Positions 1 to 10,688 of a stretch of 64,000 nucleotides of DNA are shown one piece after another. The position numbers and the translations under genes are program-made. Source of the stretch: Pseudomonadota bacterium (GTDB lineage: Bacteria > Campylobacterota > Campylobacteria > Campylobacterales > Sulfurimonadaceae); NCBI GenBank assembly GCA_043797085.1, contig JAZDQA010000013.1, positions 32,001-96,000 on the forward strand. Reading direction: 5' to 3'. The first letter of the stretch is position 1, and each line of letters starts with the position of its first letter. The notes below the pieces were generated by a model, which saw only the letters and a program-made list of their open reading frames with translations, ran no database searches and was not told the origin of the DNA.

Positions 1-1541
1 ACGACTTTATTGCGATGATGAATCACGAAATTCGTGCCCCAATTAATGCGATCATGGGAATCAGTCATCTTATCTTAGAATCCAGACTCACCGTAAGCCA
101 ACGTTCTCAAATTACTAAAATAAAAGATGCAACTTCCATTTTACACACGTTGGTCAATGATATTCTGGATCACTCAAAGATAGAAGCGGGTAAAATAACC
201 ATCGAAAAAATTCCTTTTGATCTTAATACGATGCTGGATGATATTTCCAATATCATTGCCCACAAAGCAGATGAAAAGCAACTGGAATTAATCTTTGACA
301 TTGATCAAAGTGTCCCCAATAAACTCATCGGTGACCCTCTTAGACTGCTCCAAATATTAGTTAACCTACTCAATAATGCCATCAAATTTACCGATACCGG
401 AAGTGTTATCCTTCGCTTACGCGCTCAGCAAATTAGCCGTTTAAATCTAAAAATTCATTTTGAGATTATTGATACAGGAATTGGCATTGAAGCTGAAGCC
501 CTAAAAAAATTATTTGCTTCCTACGTTCAGGCCGATGAAACCATTTCACGAAAATATGGCGGTACGGGGCTAGGACTTGCAATTTGTAAAAATCTCATCT
601 CTTTAATGGGGGGAAGTATTCAAGTAGAAAGTCTTCCAAATCAAGGGAGTACTTTTTCATTTGATATTAAGCTTTATTCCGATTTTGAGTATGAAAAACG
701 TCGTTATCGTCTTCCAACAGCGGACTTAATGTCCAAAAATGGATTAATTTTAGATAGTAATACAACCAGTGCTGAAGTACTAAAAAGAGGATTAGAGTAT
801 TTTCATTATGAGGTAAAAACGGTCACTAACTCCGTTGATGCAGTAGAAGCACTAAAAAATCACTTTATTGATATAGTCTTTATCGATGCACGTATAGCAC
901 TCTCCGGAGAGTTTAAAAAAGAACTTCAAAATCGAATAAAAAATGACAATCTCAAGTTAATCTGGATGGGAGAAGATACTAAAAAAAGAGGAGGATTGAT
1001 CCTCTCTAAACCATACAATCAATTGAATATTTTTAATACTATTTTATTAGCATATGGTCACTTGGATCAAGAAAAGCAAGAGCTAAGCAACAGTAAAAAA
1101 CTCAAAGAAAATTTAAAAAAATTTGCGGGTGAAACTTTGCTATTAGCTGAAGACAACGAGATTAACCGTTCTATTATCAAAGGCTTGCTCTCGGGTACAA
1201 ATATCATCATAGTAACCGCTGAAAATGGAAAAGAAGCCGTTGAAATCGTTGAGCTCAATTCAGATATCAGTGTTATTTTAATGGACATACAAATGCCGAT
1301 TATGGATGGTTTTGAAGCTGCAAAGTTAATACGACAAGATCATGAAAAAGATTTTATTCCTATTATAGCCGTTACAGGGAATACGTTTGAAAGTGATATT
1401 CACAATATAAGCAGTTCAGGTATGAATGGTCATGTCAGCAAACCAATCGATGTTAATACTTTTTATACCACCTTATATTATGCCTTTGAAAAATCGAAAA
1501 ATCAATCCAAGAAAACACCTCATTTAGAACATATTGCCTAA
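1..1541 (+). CDS. Hybrid sensor histidine kinase (HisKA-HATPase-REC-REC), 5'-truncated by the window edge
   Basis: H-box NHEIRAPINAI, N-box NLLNNAIKFT, G-boxes DTGIGI and GGTGLGL, C-terminal receiver ILMDIQMP. The frame stays open back to the window start (DFIAMMNHE). Confidence 0.93.
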   Translation, partial: DFIAMMNHEIRAPINAIMGISHLILESRLTVSQRSQITKIKDATSILHTLVNDILDHSKIEAGKITIEKIPFDLNTMLDDISNIIAHKADEKQLELIFDIDQSVPNKLIGDPLRLLQILVNLLNNAIKFTDTGSVILRLRAQQISRLNLKIHFEIIDTGIGIEAEALKKLFASYVQADETISRKYGGTGLGLAICKNLISLMGGSIQVESLPNQGSTFSFDIKLYSDFEYEKRRYRLPTADLMSKNGLILDSNTTSAEVLKRGLEYFHYEVKTVTNSVDAVEALKNHFIDIVFIDARIALSGEFKKELQNRIKNDNLKLIWMGEDTKKRGGLILSKPYNQLNIFNTILLAYGHLDQEKQELSNSKKLKENLKKFAGETLLLAEDNEINRSIIKGLLSGTNIIIVTAENGKEAVEIVELNSDISVILMDIQMPIMDGFEAAKLIRQDHEKDFIPIIAVTGNTFESDIHNISSSGMNGHVSKPIDVNTFYTTLYYAFEKSKNQSKKTPHLEHIA

Positions 1542-1596
1542 GCATTTTTTTGGTACTATGGGCTTAACACTTTAGCTTAGATAACAGGAAACTCTT

Positions 1597-2175
1597 TTGG
1601 CATCACTCAAAACATTACTCCAAACTCAAAACATCAACGTTCCGGATGATTTTTTTGAAAAAATTGAAGTATATAAAACATTATTAATGCAATGGAATAA
1701 AATTCATAACCTCACTGGGGCAAAAAATATCGCCCAAATTGATGAATTTATCGTTGATGCGATTGTTCCTATTACTTTTTTACCTCCCATCAAAAATGCT
1801 ATGGATATCGGAACAGGGGCAGGATTTCCAGGAATGATTTTGGCTTTTGCACTGCCGCAAACTCATTTTACGCTCGTTGAACCTCTCGCAAAACGTGCTA
1901 GTTTTTTGCAATTTGTGAAAGCTGATTTGGGACTTACAAATGTAGATGTTAAAGCCCTCCGTGTTGAACAACTTCCCCCTGCATCGTATGATTTTATTAC
2001 CTCGCGCGCCGTGACCGACACCAAGATGCTTCTCAAACTTTCAGAACCTTTTCGCTCAAAGGGTACTCTTTTGCTCTTTTACAAAGGGGAAAAAGTGTAT
2101 GATGAAGTGGACGAATTGCTAAACTATCAAATCATCGAAAAACAAAATCGTCACTATCTTTTAATCGAGTCGTAA
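1597..2175 (+). CDS. rsmG: 16S rRNA m7G527 methyltransferase RsmG (GidB)
   Basis: [22 protein letters not shown] motif, ITSRAV. Confidence 0.95.
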   Translation: MASLKTLLQTQNINVPDDFFEKIEVYKTLLMQWNKIHNLTGAKNIAQIDEFIVDAIVPITFLPPIKNAMDIGTGAGFPGMILAFALPQTHFTLVEPLAKRASFLQFVKADLGLTNVDVKALRVEQLPPASYDFITSRAVTDTKMLLKLSEPFRSKGTLLLFYKGEKVYDEVDELLNYQIIEKQNRHYLLIES

Positions 2176-2178
2176 ATT

Positions 2179-2397
2179 ATGTTATTAAAACTGCTTCTTT
2201 TTATCGGTGTTATCGCTACAATGTATTATGTTTTTTTTGCGAAAAAGAAAAGTCTTACTTCGCCTAAAAATGACAATTCAATGGATGAAGCAATGATTCC
2301 CTGTGCAACATGCGGTGTCTATATACAAGCCAAAGAAGCACTCATGAGCAGTGGGAAATATTACTGTTCACCTGAATGTATGGAGAAAAAACAATGA
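2179..2397 (+). CDS. Small membrane-anchored zinc-ribbon protein (PP0621-like)
   Basis: N-terminal TM helix, CATCGVY and YYCSPEC motifs. Confidence 0.8.
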   Translation: MLLKLLLFIGVIATMYYVFFAKKKSLTSPKNDNSMDEAMIPCATCGVYIQAKEALMSSGKYYCSPECMEKKQ

Positions 2398-2786
2398 TAC
2401 TTTTTGGCCATCCTCTTATCCCCTCGGAACGTTTTTATCATGTCTCTTCAATCGAAGCGATTAATAATACTCCCTCAAACTCTGTTATTGCTCTATTTTT
2501 TGAAGAGCAGAATCTTGATATTATTGCCCATCTACATCTTAATTCTATCCGATTTGCTCTGTACGTCAGCTCTAATATCCAAGCAGTTTTAGCGGAAAAT
2601 CTCCATGCTTCCTATCTCATTGTCAATCTCAAAAATGGTTCTGAAATTCAAAAAATTGCAGAGCACTATCTCTTTGATGCCAAAGTTTTGGGTCATTGCG
2701 AAGATGAAGAGAATCTCGAAGAAATCCTAGATATGAGACTTGACGGGGCTATTTTTGCAGAGGCAATTATTAAAATCACGTCATAG
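2394..2786 (+). CDS. Conserved hypothetical protein
   Basis: ATGA overlap with the upstream stop gives start MILFGHP at 2394; operon context. Confidence 0.7.
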   Translation: MILFGHPLIPSERFYHVSSIEAINNTPSNSVIALFFEEQNLDIIAHLHLNSIRFALYVSSNIQAVLAENLHASYLIVNLKNGSEIQKIAEHYLFDAKVLGHCEDEENLEEILDMRLDGAIFAEAIIKITS

Positions 2787-2791
2787 TTTAA

Positions 2792-2871
2792 ACGACAAAG
2801 GAATCCATCCCTTTGTCTACGCTAACGCTTGTGTTCTCTTCAACAGAGGGTTCACGTGCAGTAAACCGCAC
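2792..2871 (+). repeat. GTAG-tagged palindromic repeat, copy A
   Basis: GACAAAGG-aatccatc-CCTTTGTC hairpin, core CTACGCTAACGCT (2817-2829), two further hairpins. The same core occurs at 16826-16838 (reverse) and 54228-54240. Confidence 0.85.
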
Positions 2872-2877
2872 TTAGAA

Positions 2878-3894
2878 TTAATCAATCCATTCTCTCTTCA
2901 AATCTTTATCCAAACACGCCAATATTTCATATCCGATCGTTCCTACCGCTTTAGCGTACTCATTTGCATTATCAAAAATCAACAGTTCATCTGCATCACC
3001 AGCGAATGTAGCACAGTCCATGGAAATACGTCCCAGTAAAGCAATTTCATTCGGAGTCACATATCGATTGGATGCAAGCCTGTCAAGTCCATTGGCGTAT
3101 CCCAAATCGTATGTCGATACCACCTCATCAGATGATGCCTCATAAAGTCCGTTATAACCAACTCTCTCGCCTGCTCGCAAAATGCGTGTAGAAATCTTCT
3201 CTCCCCACAACGATAAAACCGGTTTTAACTGCGGCTGAGGCAAGGAGTCATCCATTTGTAAACATCCATACAAAGCAATCCCCACACGAACCATATCATC
3301 AGAACATTCGCTTGAGCGGAATGTTCCTGCTGAATTGGAGAGGTGAAATTGAAGGTTCCATTTATATTTTTCAGCGTGCTTTAACGCCTCTTTTTTGAGC
3401 GTATCAAACGCATATCGCTGCCAAAACCACTCAGAGCTGAGAGTGTCGGCACTCTTAAAATGACTCATAACTCCGACACACTCTAGCCCCTGAGCTGCAA
3501 TAGCATCAAAAGCTTTCTTGAGCTCATCCATTCTCACACCGTTACGGTGCATGCCTGTATCCATTTTAAGTTCTACTTTTGTCCCTTTTGGAAACTTTTT
3601 TAAATAGCTAAGAGAATTAATAACATAATGAAATTTTGAATTAACAACCGTAGGAAAATCTGAAAGAATTAAAATATCCTCAAAAAAATCGCTGATTTCT
3701 AACGCCTCACGCTCCAATCTCACAACCGCATGAGTAATCCCGTACTCATGCGCTGCCTGCGCAATTAACACAGCTCCATGACCATATGCGTTGTCTTTTA
3801 AAACCACTGCAATTTTATCTTTTCCACCGACTTGATGTGCAATAATGTCAAGATTATTTTTAAGTGCCTCGCGGCTTAGTTTTATCGTTCCCAT
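2878..3894 (-). CDS. alr: Alanine racemase
   Basis: AVVLKDNAYGHG PLP lysine motif, DTGMHRNG, GYANG, GRISMD. Confidence 0.96.
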   Translation of the reverse strand: MGTIKLSREALKNNLDIIAHQVGGKDKIAVVLKDNAYGHGAVLIAQAAHEYGITHAVVRLEREALEISDFFEDILILSDFPTVVNSKFHYVINSLSYLKKFPKGTKVELKMDTGMHRNGVRMDELKKAFDAIAAQGLECVGVMSHFKSADTLSSEWFWQRYAFDTLKKEALKHAEKYKWNLQFHLSNSAGTFRSSECSDDMVRVGIALYGCLQMDDSLPQPQLKPVLSLWGEKISTRILRAGERVGYNGLYEASSDEVVSTYDLGYANGLDRLASNRYVTPNEIALLGRISMDCATFAGDADELLIFDNANEYAKAVGTIGYEILACLDKDLKREWID

Positions 3895-3913
3895 GAGTGC
3901 CTCAATAAATTCT

Positions 3914-3982
3914 GCCTCGCCAGAGGCTAACTTTAGTAGCCCAAGTGGCTAACGTAGCCAAAGGGATGAATTCCTTTGGCGT
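3914..3982 (-). repeat. GTAG-tagged palindromic repeat, copy D (variant distal half)
   Basis: Plus strand reads cGTAGccaaagg-gatgaatt-cctttggcgt, nearly identical to the reverse complement of copy A with a compensatory stem change. Confidence 0.75.
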
Positions 3983-4006
3983 CTAATTATATTACAAGGT
4001 AAATTA

Positions 4007-5023
4007 ATGCGCTATTTCCCAGCCGAATTTGAACTCCAAAGTTTTGTTCAACTCATTTTTCCTCATCCCCAAAGTGATTGGGTAGATTATCTTGAAGAAG
4101 CACGTCAATGCTTTGTTGCTATTGCCTCGTCCATTGCTAAATATCAACCGTGTCTTATCATTTGTGATGATATTGATGCTGTCAAACACTATTTTTCTTC
4201 TCACGATAATCTCATTTTTGTTTCCTACCAAAGCGATGACACGTGGGCGCGCGATTGCAGTGCACTATGCGTTATTGACGAAAATGAGGATGAAGCTTTG
4301 CTACTGGATTTCTCCTTCACAGGCTGGGGCGGAAAATTTGATGCAACACGTGATAATGCCATGAGTGAAAGTATCAAAAATATTTACGGCGCGCGTATGG
4401 AAAAAATTAATCTTATTTTAGAAGGGGGAGGTGTCGAATCCAACGGTGTCGGAAGTTTGCTTACTACCGCAGAGTGTCTTTTAAATCCAAACAGAAATCC
4501 TCATCTCACGAAAATCCAAACCGAAGCTATTTTAAAAAAAGAGTTCGGTGTCGAGCAGATTTTATGGCTCAATCACGGTTATTTGGCAGGAGATGACACC
4601 GATAGCCACATCGATACCCTTGCACGTTTCATCGATACCGACACCATCATGTACGTGAAATGTGAGGATAAAGAGGATGAGCATTACAGCGAATTGAAAA
4701 AAATGGAAGAAGAACTCCAATCCTTACGTGATTTAGACGGTGAGCCGTTCCGTCTCATTGCATTACCAATGACACAACCTCATTTTTATGAGGGTGAGCG
4801 GCTTCCTGCTACCTATGCTAATTTTTTGATTATTAATGATGCCGTACTTTTACCTGTCTATAATGATCCTCATGATGCTGAGGCAATTGCTATTTGCAAA
4901 CGCGCATTTTACGGACGGAACATCATCCCTATCGACTGTTCTGTCCTCATTCGTCAACATGGATCACTTCATTGTGTTACGATGCAATTTCCCGAAGAAG
5001 TGGGGTTAAGACTTCCGTCTTAA
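4007..5023 (+). CDS. Agmatine deiminase / peptidylarginine deiminase family protein
   Basis: DTWARD, LEGGGVESNG, DTDSHID, ATYANF, GSLHC catalytic Cys. Confidence 0.92.
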   Translation: MRYFPAEFELQSFVQLIFPHPQSDWVDYLEEARQCFVAIASSIAKYQPCLIICDDIDAVKHYFSSHDNLIFVSYQSDDTWARDCSALCVIDENEDEALLLDFSFTGWGGKFDATRDNAMSESIKNIYGARMEKINLILEGGGVESNGVGSLLTTAECLLNPNRNPHLTKIQTEAILKKEFGVEQILWLNHGYLAGDDTDSHIDTLARFIDTDTIMYVKCEDKEDEHYSELKKMEEELQSLRDLDGEPFRLIALPMTQPHFYEGERLPATYANFLIINDAVLLPVYNDPHDAEAIAICKRAFYGRNIIPIDCSVLIRQHGSLHCVTMQFPEEVGLRLPS

Positions 5024-5038
5024 CACTAATGTAACACT
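5021..5038 (+). promoter_or_regulatory. Putative OmpR-family response-regulator site (TAACACT direct repeat, 11-bp period)
   Basis: TAACACT-aatg-TAACACT just upstream of a TATGAT -10-like box and the TonB receptor gene. Confidence 0.45.
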
Positions 5039-5081
5039 TTTTTTCTATTATATGATGTCAAATAATCTTTAAGGAAAAAGA

Positions 5082-7112
5082 ATGAAAAAAATCTCTCTAC
5101 TCTCATTGGCGGCAATTGCTGCACTTGCCTCTGAACCCGTTACAATTCAAAAAATCACTATTGAAGCTACTGCACCTAAAGCAGACAGTAAAAGTGTACA
5201 TTCAGACGAAATGGTTAAATTTTCACGTCAAAGCGATTTAGGAGAAATGCTCTCCAATACTCTTCCTGAAGTCACTATGGTACGTAACAGCGGTGTGGGC
5301 AACGATATTATCCTTCGCGGATTTCGTAAAGATAATATCAATGTAACGATAGATGATGCAAAAGTATGCGGTGCCTGTCCTAACCGTATGGATCCCCCTG
5401 CAATGCACGTCTCAAGTAGTCAAATCGCCAGCGTCGAAGTCCAAGAAGGTCCTTTTGATGTAACTCAGTTCGGAAGTCTAGGCGGAAAAATCAATGTCGT
5501 TACCAAAGATCCTGAAAAAGGAGTTCATGGAGAAGTTTCCGCAACACTCGGAAGTTTTGATTACCGTAAACTCTCTACAACTCTTGAAGGTGGAAATGAT
5601 ACTGTTCAAGCAGTTGTCGGATTTAGCCGTGAGACAAGCGGTCAATATAAAGACGGAGACGGTTTAACACTTGCAGAACAAACAGATGCACTTACTGCAA
5701 CAGCTAGTATGCAAAGATATGCAACTGCATACAAAGATATGGATGCTTATGATCGCAACAATTTTTGGGCAAAAATAGTAGGCAATATCAGCGATAATCA
5801 AAAACTGACATTGAGTTATTTCGGCGACCGTGCAGACAATGTCCTTTATCCACGCTATCCGATGGATGCCAAGATTGATGATACTGATATGTTGAAAGCA
5901 AAATATCAACTATTCAATCTCTCTAACTTCTCTGATGAGTTAAAAATTGAAGTATACAACTCAAAAGTTAAGCATGAAATGGGAACTTATTTCCGTACTC
6001 GAACCGGACCAACTTCTCCTATAATGATTGCACCGGTTGATGCTACTATCAAAGGGGCTTCAATCGAAAACACCCTTAGCCTTGCCGGAACAAAAGTATC
6101 CGTTGGTTTAGATACAAGTATCCGCAACTGGGACGGTAATCGTTATTCTACCAGCGCTCCGGCAACTAAAACAATCTTGTTACCGGATGTCGATACGAAA
6201 AATATCGCCTTCTATGCAAAAGCCACTAAAACTCTAGGTCAGTATGAAATTAATGGAGGAATACGTTACGATGACACCTCTATCGATGCTGATCAAACCA
6301 AAACTGGATATTCAACTGCTAAGGACAAAGATTATAACGATGTAAGTGCTAATATTATGGCTAAATACAATCTCTCTTCAACAACCAGTATTTTTACTGG
6401 AATGGGTCAATCTGTTCGTGTTCCTGATGCAAAAGAACTTTATTGGCAAAACGGTACACATAGTAATCTAAACGAAACAAAAAACCGTGAAATTGATGTT
6501 GGAGCGGAACATACATCGGGCAACTTTCACGTCAAAGGAACTGCATTTTATAGTGACTTGAAAGATTTTATTTATCAATACAAAAATAGTGCTACAACTT
6601 CTACTTGGGCGAATATCGATGCTAGAATCATCGGATTTGACTTGCAAGCTGATTACCTCTTAAGCAACGATTGGCATATCGAATCAGGAATGGCATACCA
6701 AAAAGGGTCTAAGAAAGATACCAATCAACTTGACAATCTAACAACACAAGTACAAACCGATAAAGACTTAGCCGAAATTCCACCAATGAAAGGGCGTATT
6801 GCACTGGTCATGGATACGGGAATTAATTATTTTATGACCGAATTGATCGCCGCAAAAGCTCAAACCATTGATTCAAATAATGGAGAAAAAGATATTTCTG
6901 GATACGGTATTTTAAACCTAAAATATGGACATGACTTCCAAAATGGTTTTTCTCTTAATACGGGAGTTAACAACTTTTTCAATCGTACTTATGCAGTTAA
7001 CAATGGCTATATTGGTAATGAGTTAATTACAGGTATTACAGGCGCAACAGATCCCCTCGTCCTCAACGAACCAGGACGTAGTCTCTACGCTACAGTAGCT
7101 TACAAATTCTAA
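5082..7112 (+). CDS. TonB-dependent receptor, OprC/NosA-like copper receptor
   Basis: Signal peptide, plug motif GACPNRMDPP (CxxxM as in OprC), C-terminal EPGRSLYATVAYKF. Confidence 0.88.
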   Translation: MKKISLLSLAAIAALASEPVTIQKITIEATAPKADSKSVHSDEMVKFSRQSDLGEMLSNTLPEVTMVRNSGVGNDIILRGFRKDNINVTIDDAKVCGACPNRMDPPAMHVSSSQIASVEVQEGPFDVTQFGSLGGKINVVTKDPEKGVHGEVSATLGSFDYRKLSTTLEGGNDTVQAVVGFSRETSGQYKDGDGLTLAEQTDALTATASMQRYATAYKDMDAYDRNNFWAKIVGNISDNQKLTLSYFGDRADNVLYPRYPMDAKIDDTDMLKAKYQLFNLSNFSDELKIEVYNSKVKHEMGTYFRTRTGPTSPIMIAPVDATIKGASIENTLSLAGTKVSVGLDTSIRNWDGNRYSTSAPATKTILLPDVDTKNIAFYAKATKTLGQYEINGGIRYDDTSIDADQTKTGYSTAKDKDYNDVSANIMAKYNLSSTTSIFTGMGQSVRVPDAKELYWQNGTHSNLNETKNREIDVGAEHTSGNFHVKGTAFYSDLKDFIYQYKNSATTSTWANIDARIIGFDLQADYLLSNDWHIESGMAYQKGSKKDTNQLDNLTTQVQTDKDLAEIPPMKGRIALVMDTGINYFMTELIAAKAQTIDSNNGEKDISGYGILNLKYGHDFQNGFSLNTGVNNFFNRTYAVNNGYIGNELITGITGATDPLVLNEPGRSLYATVAYKF

Positions 7113-7192
7113 TCCCCCTGCCCTTCGGGGTATCCTAACGTTTCGTCAAAACTTCAGGATTCTCTCTTCCCACTTCATTGGGAGATTCTCTC

Positions 7193-8386
7193 TTAAAACA
7201 CTTCAACTTTAAATGTATCTTTATCCACATAATAAGTATCTTGGAAATCATATCCCCTAGTGTTGAGAGGTTTGGTTCGGAGTTTTTCCTTAAAGATACG
7301 ATCCAATTTACTGCGAATTGCAACAAAGACTCTTTGTTCTTTACCGCTGAACCCTTCGGTTTTTTTCTTCATAACACTCAATGGATTAATCGGTGCAGTC
7401 CCATCATACATACCAAAATGCAAATGAGAACCCGATGAAAGTCCCGTTGAACCAACATAACCAATCACTTCACCCTGCTTCACTTTGGAACCTGAATGAA
7501 TCCCTTTTTTAAACCCTCGCTGATGCGCATAAAGACTGGTCAATCCATTGGAATGACGTATTTTAATCGTTTTTCCATATCCATTTGAATACCCGACAAA
7601 ACTTACGCGCCCCTCACCCGTTGCCAAAATTTGTGTCCCTGGACGAGCTCCGAAATCAACTCCGACATGGGCACGATAGCGATGTAAAACCGGATGATAC
7701 CGCCGCTTCGTAAACCCCGAAGTCATCCGTGCATTACGAATCGGAAGTCTAAAAATAAACTTCTCAATTTGTGCCCCTTTGGTATCATAAAAATGTCCGT
7801 CGCTATGCCGATAAAGGGTGTAGCGTGTCCCTCCGATTTCAATCATCGCACCCGAAACTTCAGGCATGGAAAAAAGTTTTCCTAAACGATATTTTTGCTC
7901 ATAAACAATGACGAGAGGGTCTCCCGCTTTGAGATCCTTTTTAAAATTCACCCGTCCTTTGAACATTTTTACAAATGTAGAAGCCAAATTTTTGGACCCT
8001 GTCGCATTAAGAATATCATCATAGGGAACACTGCTGATTTGCGTGTAAAGAACTTTTTTATAGGTTTCACTGATGATGGGAATAACCCGCATAGTATAAC
8101 GATTTTTGAGAGTTAAATAAATTTGGAGCTGCAGTTCATCATTGAGCGGAATAAGGATTTGTTTGATGGTATTTTTGGAGCTTACCAGCATCTGACAGTT
8201 GGCAGTATAGGGAATATCTTCGGTAAGTTTTTGATCCTCTTTGTCCATATTATAATACAGAGACAAAGGGAGTTTTTTATGTTCTAAAAAGGTGAGAAAA
8301 CTCTCCCCATTATTCCACTTAAACGGTTTTACTTGTGAAGCAAAAATAAAAATGGGCAACAATAAAAATAAAAATATTCGACCCAT
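7193..8386 (-). CDS. M23 family peptidoglycan DD-metalloendopeptidase (Csd3-like)
   Basis: HVGVDFG, YAHQ and HLHFG zinc motifs. Start moved to ATG 8386, which follows an AAGGA SD. Confidence 0.9.
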   Translation of the reverse strand: MGRIFLFLLLPIFIFASQVKPFKWNNGESFLTFLEHKKLPLSLYYNMDKEDQKLTEDIPYTANCQMLVSSKNTIKQILIPLNDELQLQIYLTLKNRYTMRVIPIISETYKKVLYTQISSVPYDDILNATGSKNLASTFVKMFKGRVNFKKDLKAGDPLVIVYEQKYRLGKLFSMPEVSGAMIEIGGTRYTLYRHSDGHFYDTKGAQIEKFIFRLPIRNARMTSGFTKRRYHPVLHRYRAHVGVDFGARPGTQILATGEGRVSFVGYSNGYGKTIKIRHSNGLTSLYAHQRGFKKGIHSGSKVKQGEVIGYVGSTGLSSGSHLHFGMYDGTAPINPLSVMKKKTEGFSGKEQRVFVAIRSKLDRIFKEKLRTKPLNTRGYDFQDTYYVDKDTFKVEVF

Positions 8387-8503
8387 CATCATCCTTAAAC
8401 GCTGTTTTTTTGCAAAAATAGTCTTAAATGATAGCAAAAAAACTGTTTACAAAGTCTCTATTGGCTATAATCTATCACATTTACCCTAACAAAGGTTACC
8501 CTA

Positions 8504-9298
8504 ATGCGCATTTTGTTTTTTTTACTCATCACGCTAGGAATGCTTGAAGCATCCTCTATTTCAACCCCGCTATTAGACGTGCAAGGGCAAAGAGGCTCTA
8601 TTGAAGCGCCTGAACTAAAAGTTGGGATGAGCGGTTTTGTCGTTCGACATTTTGATGCTACCCACAGTTCTATCATTTCAAATGCACGTGTCATACAGAT
8701 TAATCCTTCCTCCAATCGGGCACTCGTTGAGTTCTCTCCCTACGACGGACTGCGTCAAAATTCTCTTCCCAGCGGTACATGGACACCAAAAGCCGCAGAT
8801 GAAGTCGTCATTGCCTATGATTATGGTCGTGCTTTGCTTATTGCCCCCAATGATGATACCTATGCAGCAGTAACAGCAAGTATCCCTAATGTTGAATGGG
8901 TTCACCCTGACCTCTATGCTACGTATCTTTCCCACAAAGGACATCCAACACCTTTAGTGGAAGATTTTCGCCATTTTTGTACCTCAGCTTCTGTTGGTCT
9001 ACTCTTTATCCAAAGTGCTGAAACTCTCTTTACTCTCGACTGTAAAAATTTTGCACTGCTTCAAACTGTCGCATCCCACTCTACCGGTAAAAATTCCAAC
9101 ATCCCTTTTTACACTCGTGTACCTACAATCCGTGCCGCATGGTGGGGAGAGGGCAGCTCATATTTAGAGTCTTATGAACCTTATTATCTTCAAGAGATTG
9201 CTTTAAACAACCCAAAAAATAAAGAATTATATGAACTCTACAAAGGTAAATTTGGCGAGAAAAGTGCACTATTACGCAACTTTGATCTCAAGGATTAA
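8504..9298 (+). CDS. Exported protein, plasminogen-binding protein (PgbA N-terminal)-like
   Basis: Signal peptide; G.SG.V...F and LLIAPN motifs; typical Campylobacterota position upstream of a glcD-like gene. Confidence 0.7.
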   Translation: MRILFFLLITLGMLEASSISTPLLDVQGQRGSIEAPELKVGMSGFVVRHFDATHSSIISNARVIQINPSSNRALVEFSPYDGLRQNSLPSGTWTPKAADEVVIAYDYGRALLIAPNDDTYAAVTASIPNVEWVHPDLYATYLSHKGHPTPLVEDFRHFCTSASVGLLFIQSAETLFTLDCKNFALLQTVASHSTGKNSNIPFYTRVPTIRAAWWGEGSSYLESYEPYYLQEIALNNPKNKELYELYKGKFGEKSALLRNFDLKD

Positions 9299-9300
9299 TT

Positions 9301-10686
9301 ATGTTCCCAAAAGAAGCTCTCTCGTATTTTCAAACGCTTATCGGTCATGAAAATGTTTACAGTGATAAAGCGCACCTTATTGCCTATTCGTATGATGCAA
9401 CACGTGAAAAATTTGAACCCGATGCCGTACTTTTCCCTCGTCATGAACAAGATGTGAGCGATATATTAAAATATTGTAATGAACACCGGATCGTTATCGT
9501 ACCTCGCGGAGCAGGAAGCGGATTCACGGGTGGTGCTCTCCCCTCTTCGGGTGGAATTGTTTTGGCGTTTGAAAAACATATGAACAAAATTTTAGAAATT
9601 GATATGCAAAATATGGTTGCCATCGTTCAACCGGGTGTCGTCAATATGGAGCTGCAAAAAGCCGTAGAAGAAGTCGGTCTTTTCTATCCGCCTGATCCCG
9701 CAAGCCAAGAATACTCAACGATCGGCGGCAATGTCAACGAAAATGCAGGCGGAATGCGTGCTGCAAAATACGGTATTACCAAAGACTACGTCATGGCCAT
9801 CCGTGCCGTACTACCTAATGGTGATATTATAAAAGCCGGTAAACGTACCATCAAAGACGTCGCAGGATATAACATTGCAGGGATTTTAATCGCCTCCGAG
9901 GGGACACTTGCTGTCACTACCGAAGTCACGCTAAAACTCCTCTCTAAACCAAAAATGACCAAAACTGCTATGGGAATTTTTCCGGCGGTAAACGTTGCTA
10001 TGGAAGCCGTTTATAAAACTATGGCAAGCGGAGTCACCCCTGTTGCCATGGAGTTTTTGGACAATCTTACCATCCGAGCCGTAGAGCAAGTGTATCACAA
10101 AGGATTACCCATCGAAGCAGGTGCTATTTTAGTCACCGACGTAGATGGTAACCTCGAAGAAGATCTTGATTTTCAACTTGCTATCATCGAAAAAGTATTC
10201 CGCGAAAATGGATGCGGCGAATTTAAAATCGCTCAGAACAAACAAGAAGCAAGCGACTTGTGGTTTGCGCGACGTAATGCCAGTCAATCACTCTCAATCT
10301 ATGGCTCTAAAAAAATCAATGAAGATGTAACTGTTCCCCGCTCTGCATTACCTGAACTGTTGGAAAAATTTAATGCTATCGCTCTTAAATATAACATTAA
10401 TATCCCTTGCTTCGGTCATACGGGTGATGGAAACGTTCACACCAATGTCATGGTCGATGGCAAAGATCCTGAGCAAGTAAAAATCGGCTATGAAGCAATT
10501 CGAGAAGTCTTTCAAGCGACTATCGATTTGGGCGGAACACTCAGCGGAGAACACGGGATCGGTCTTGCTAAAGCTCCTTATATGTCCATGGCATTTACTC
10601 CTGAAGAAATGGCACTTTTTCAATCGATTAAAAATGCTTTTGATCCTAACAATATTTTAAACCCTGCTAAAATGGGACTGCACTAA
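9301..10686 (+). CDS. glcD: FAD-linked oxidase, glycolate oxidase GlcD-like
   Basis: PRGAGSGFTGG, YPPDPAS, GHTGDGNVH, SGEHGIG. Confidence 0.88.
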   Translation: MFPKEALSYFQTLIGHENVYSDKAHLIAYSYDATREKFEPDAVLFPRHEQDVSDILKYCNEHRIVIVPRGAGSGFTGGALPSSGGIVLAFEKHMNKILEIDMQNMVAIVQPGVVNMELQKAVEEVGLFYPPDPASQEYSTIGGNVNENAGGMRAAKYGITKDYVMAIRAVLPNGDIIKAGKRTIKDVAGYNIAGILIASEGTLAVTTEVTLKLLSKPKMTKTAMGIFPAVNVAMEAVYKTMASGVTPVAMEFLDNLTIRAVEQVYHKGLPIEAGAILVTDVDGNLEEDLDFQLAIIEKVFRENGCGEFKIAQNKQEASDLWFARRNASQSLSIYGSKKINEDVTVPRSALPELLEKFNAIALKYNINIPCFGHTGDGNVHTNVMVDGKDPEQVKIGYEAIREVFQATIDLGGTLSGEHGIGLAKAPYMSMAFTPEEMALFQSIKNAFDPNNILNPAKMGLH

Positions 10687-10688
10687 AA

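Noticed and set aside
2740..3039. 99-aa ORF containing the YANA motif
   Set aside because: It is a read-through of repeat copy A overlapping two real genes, with no SD
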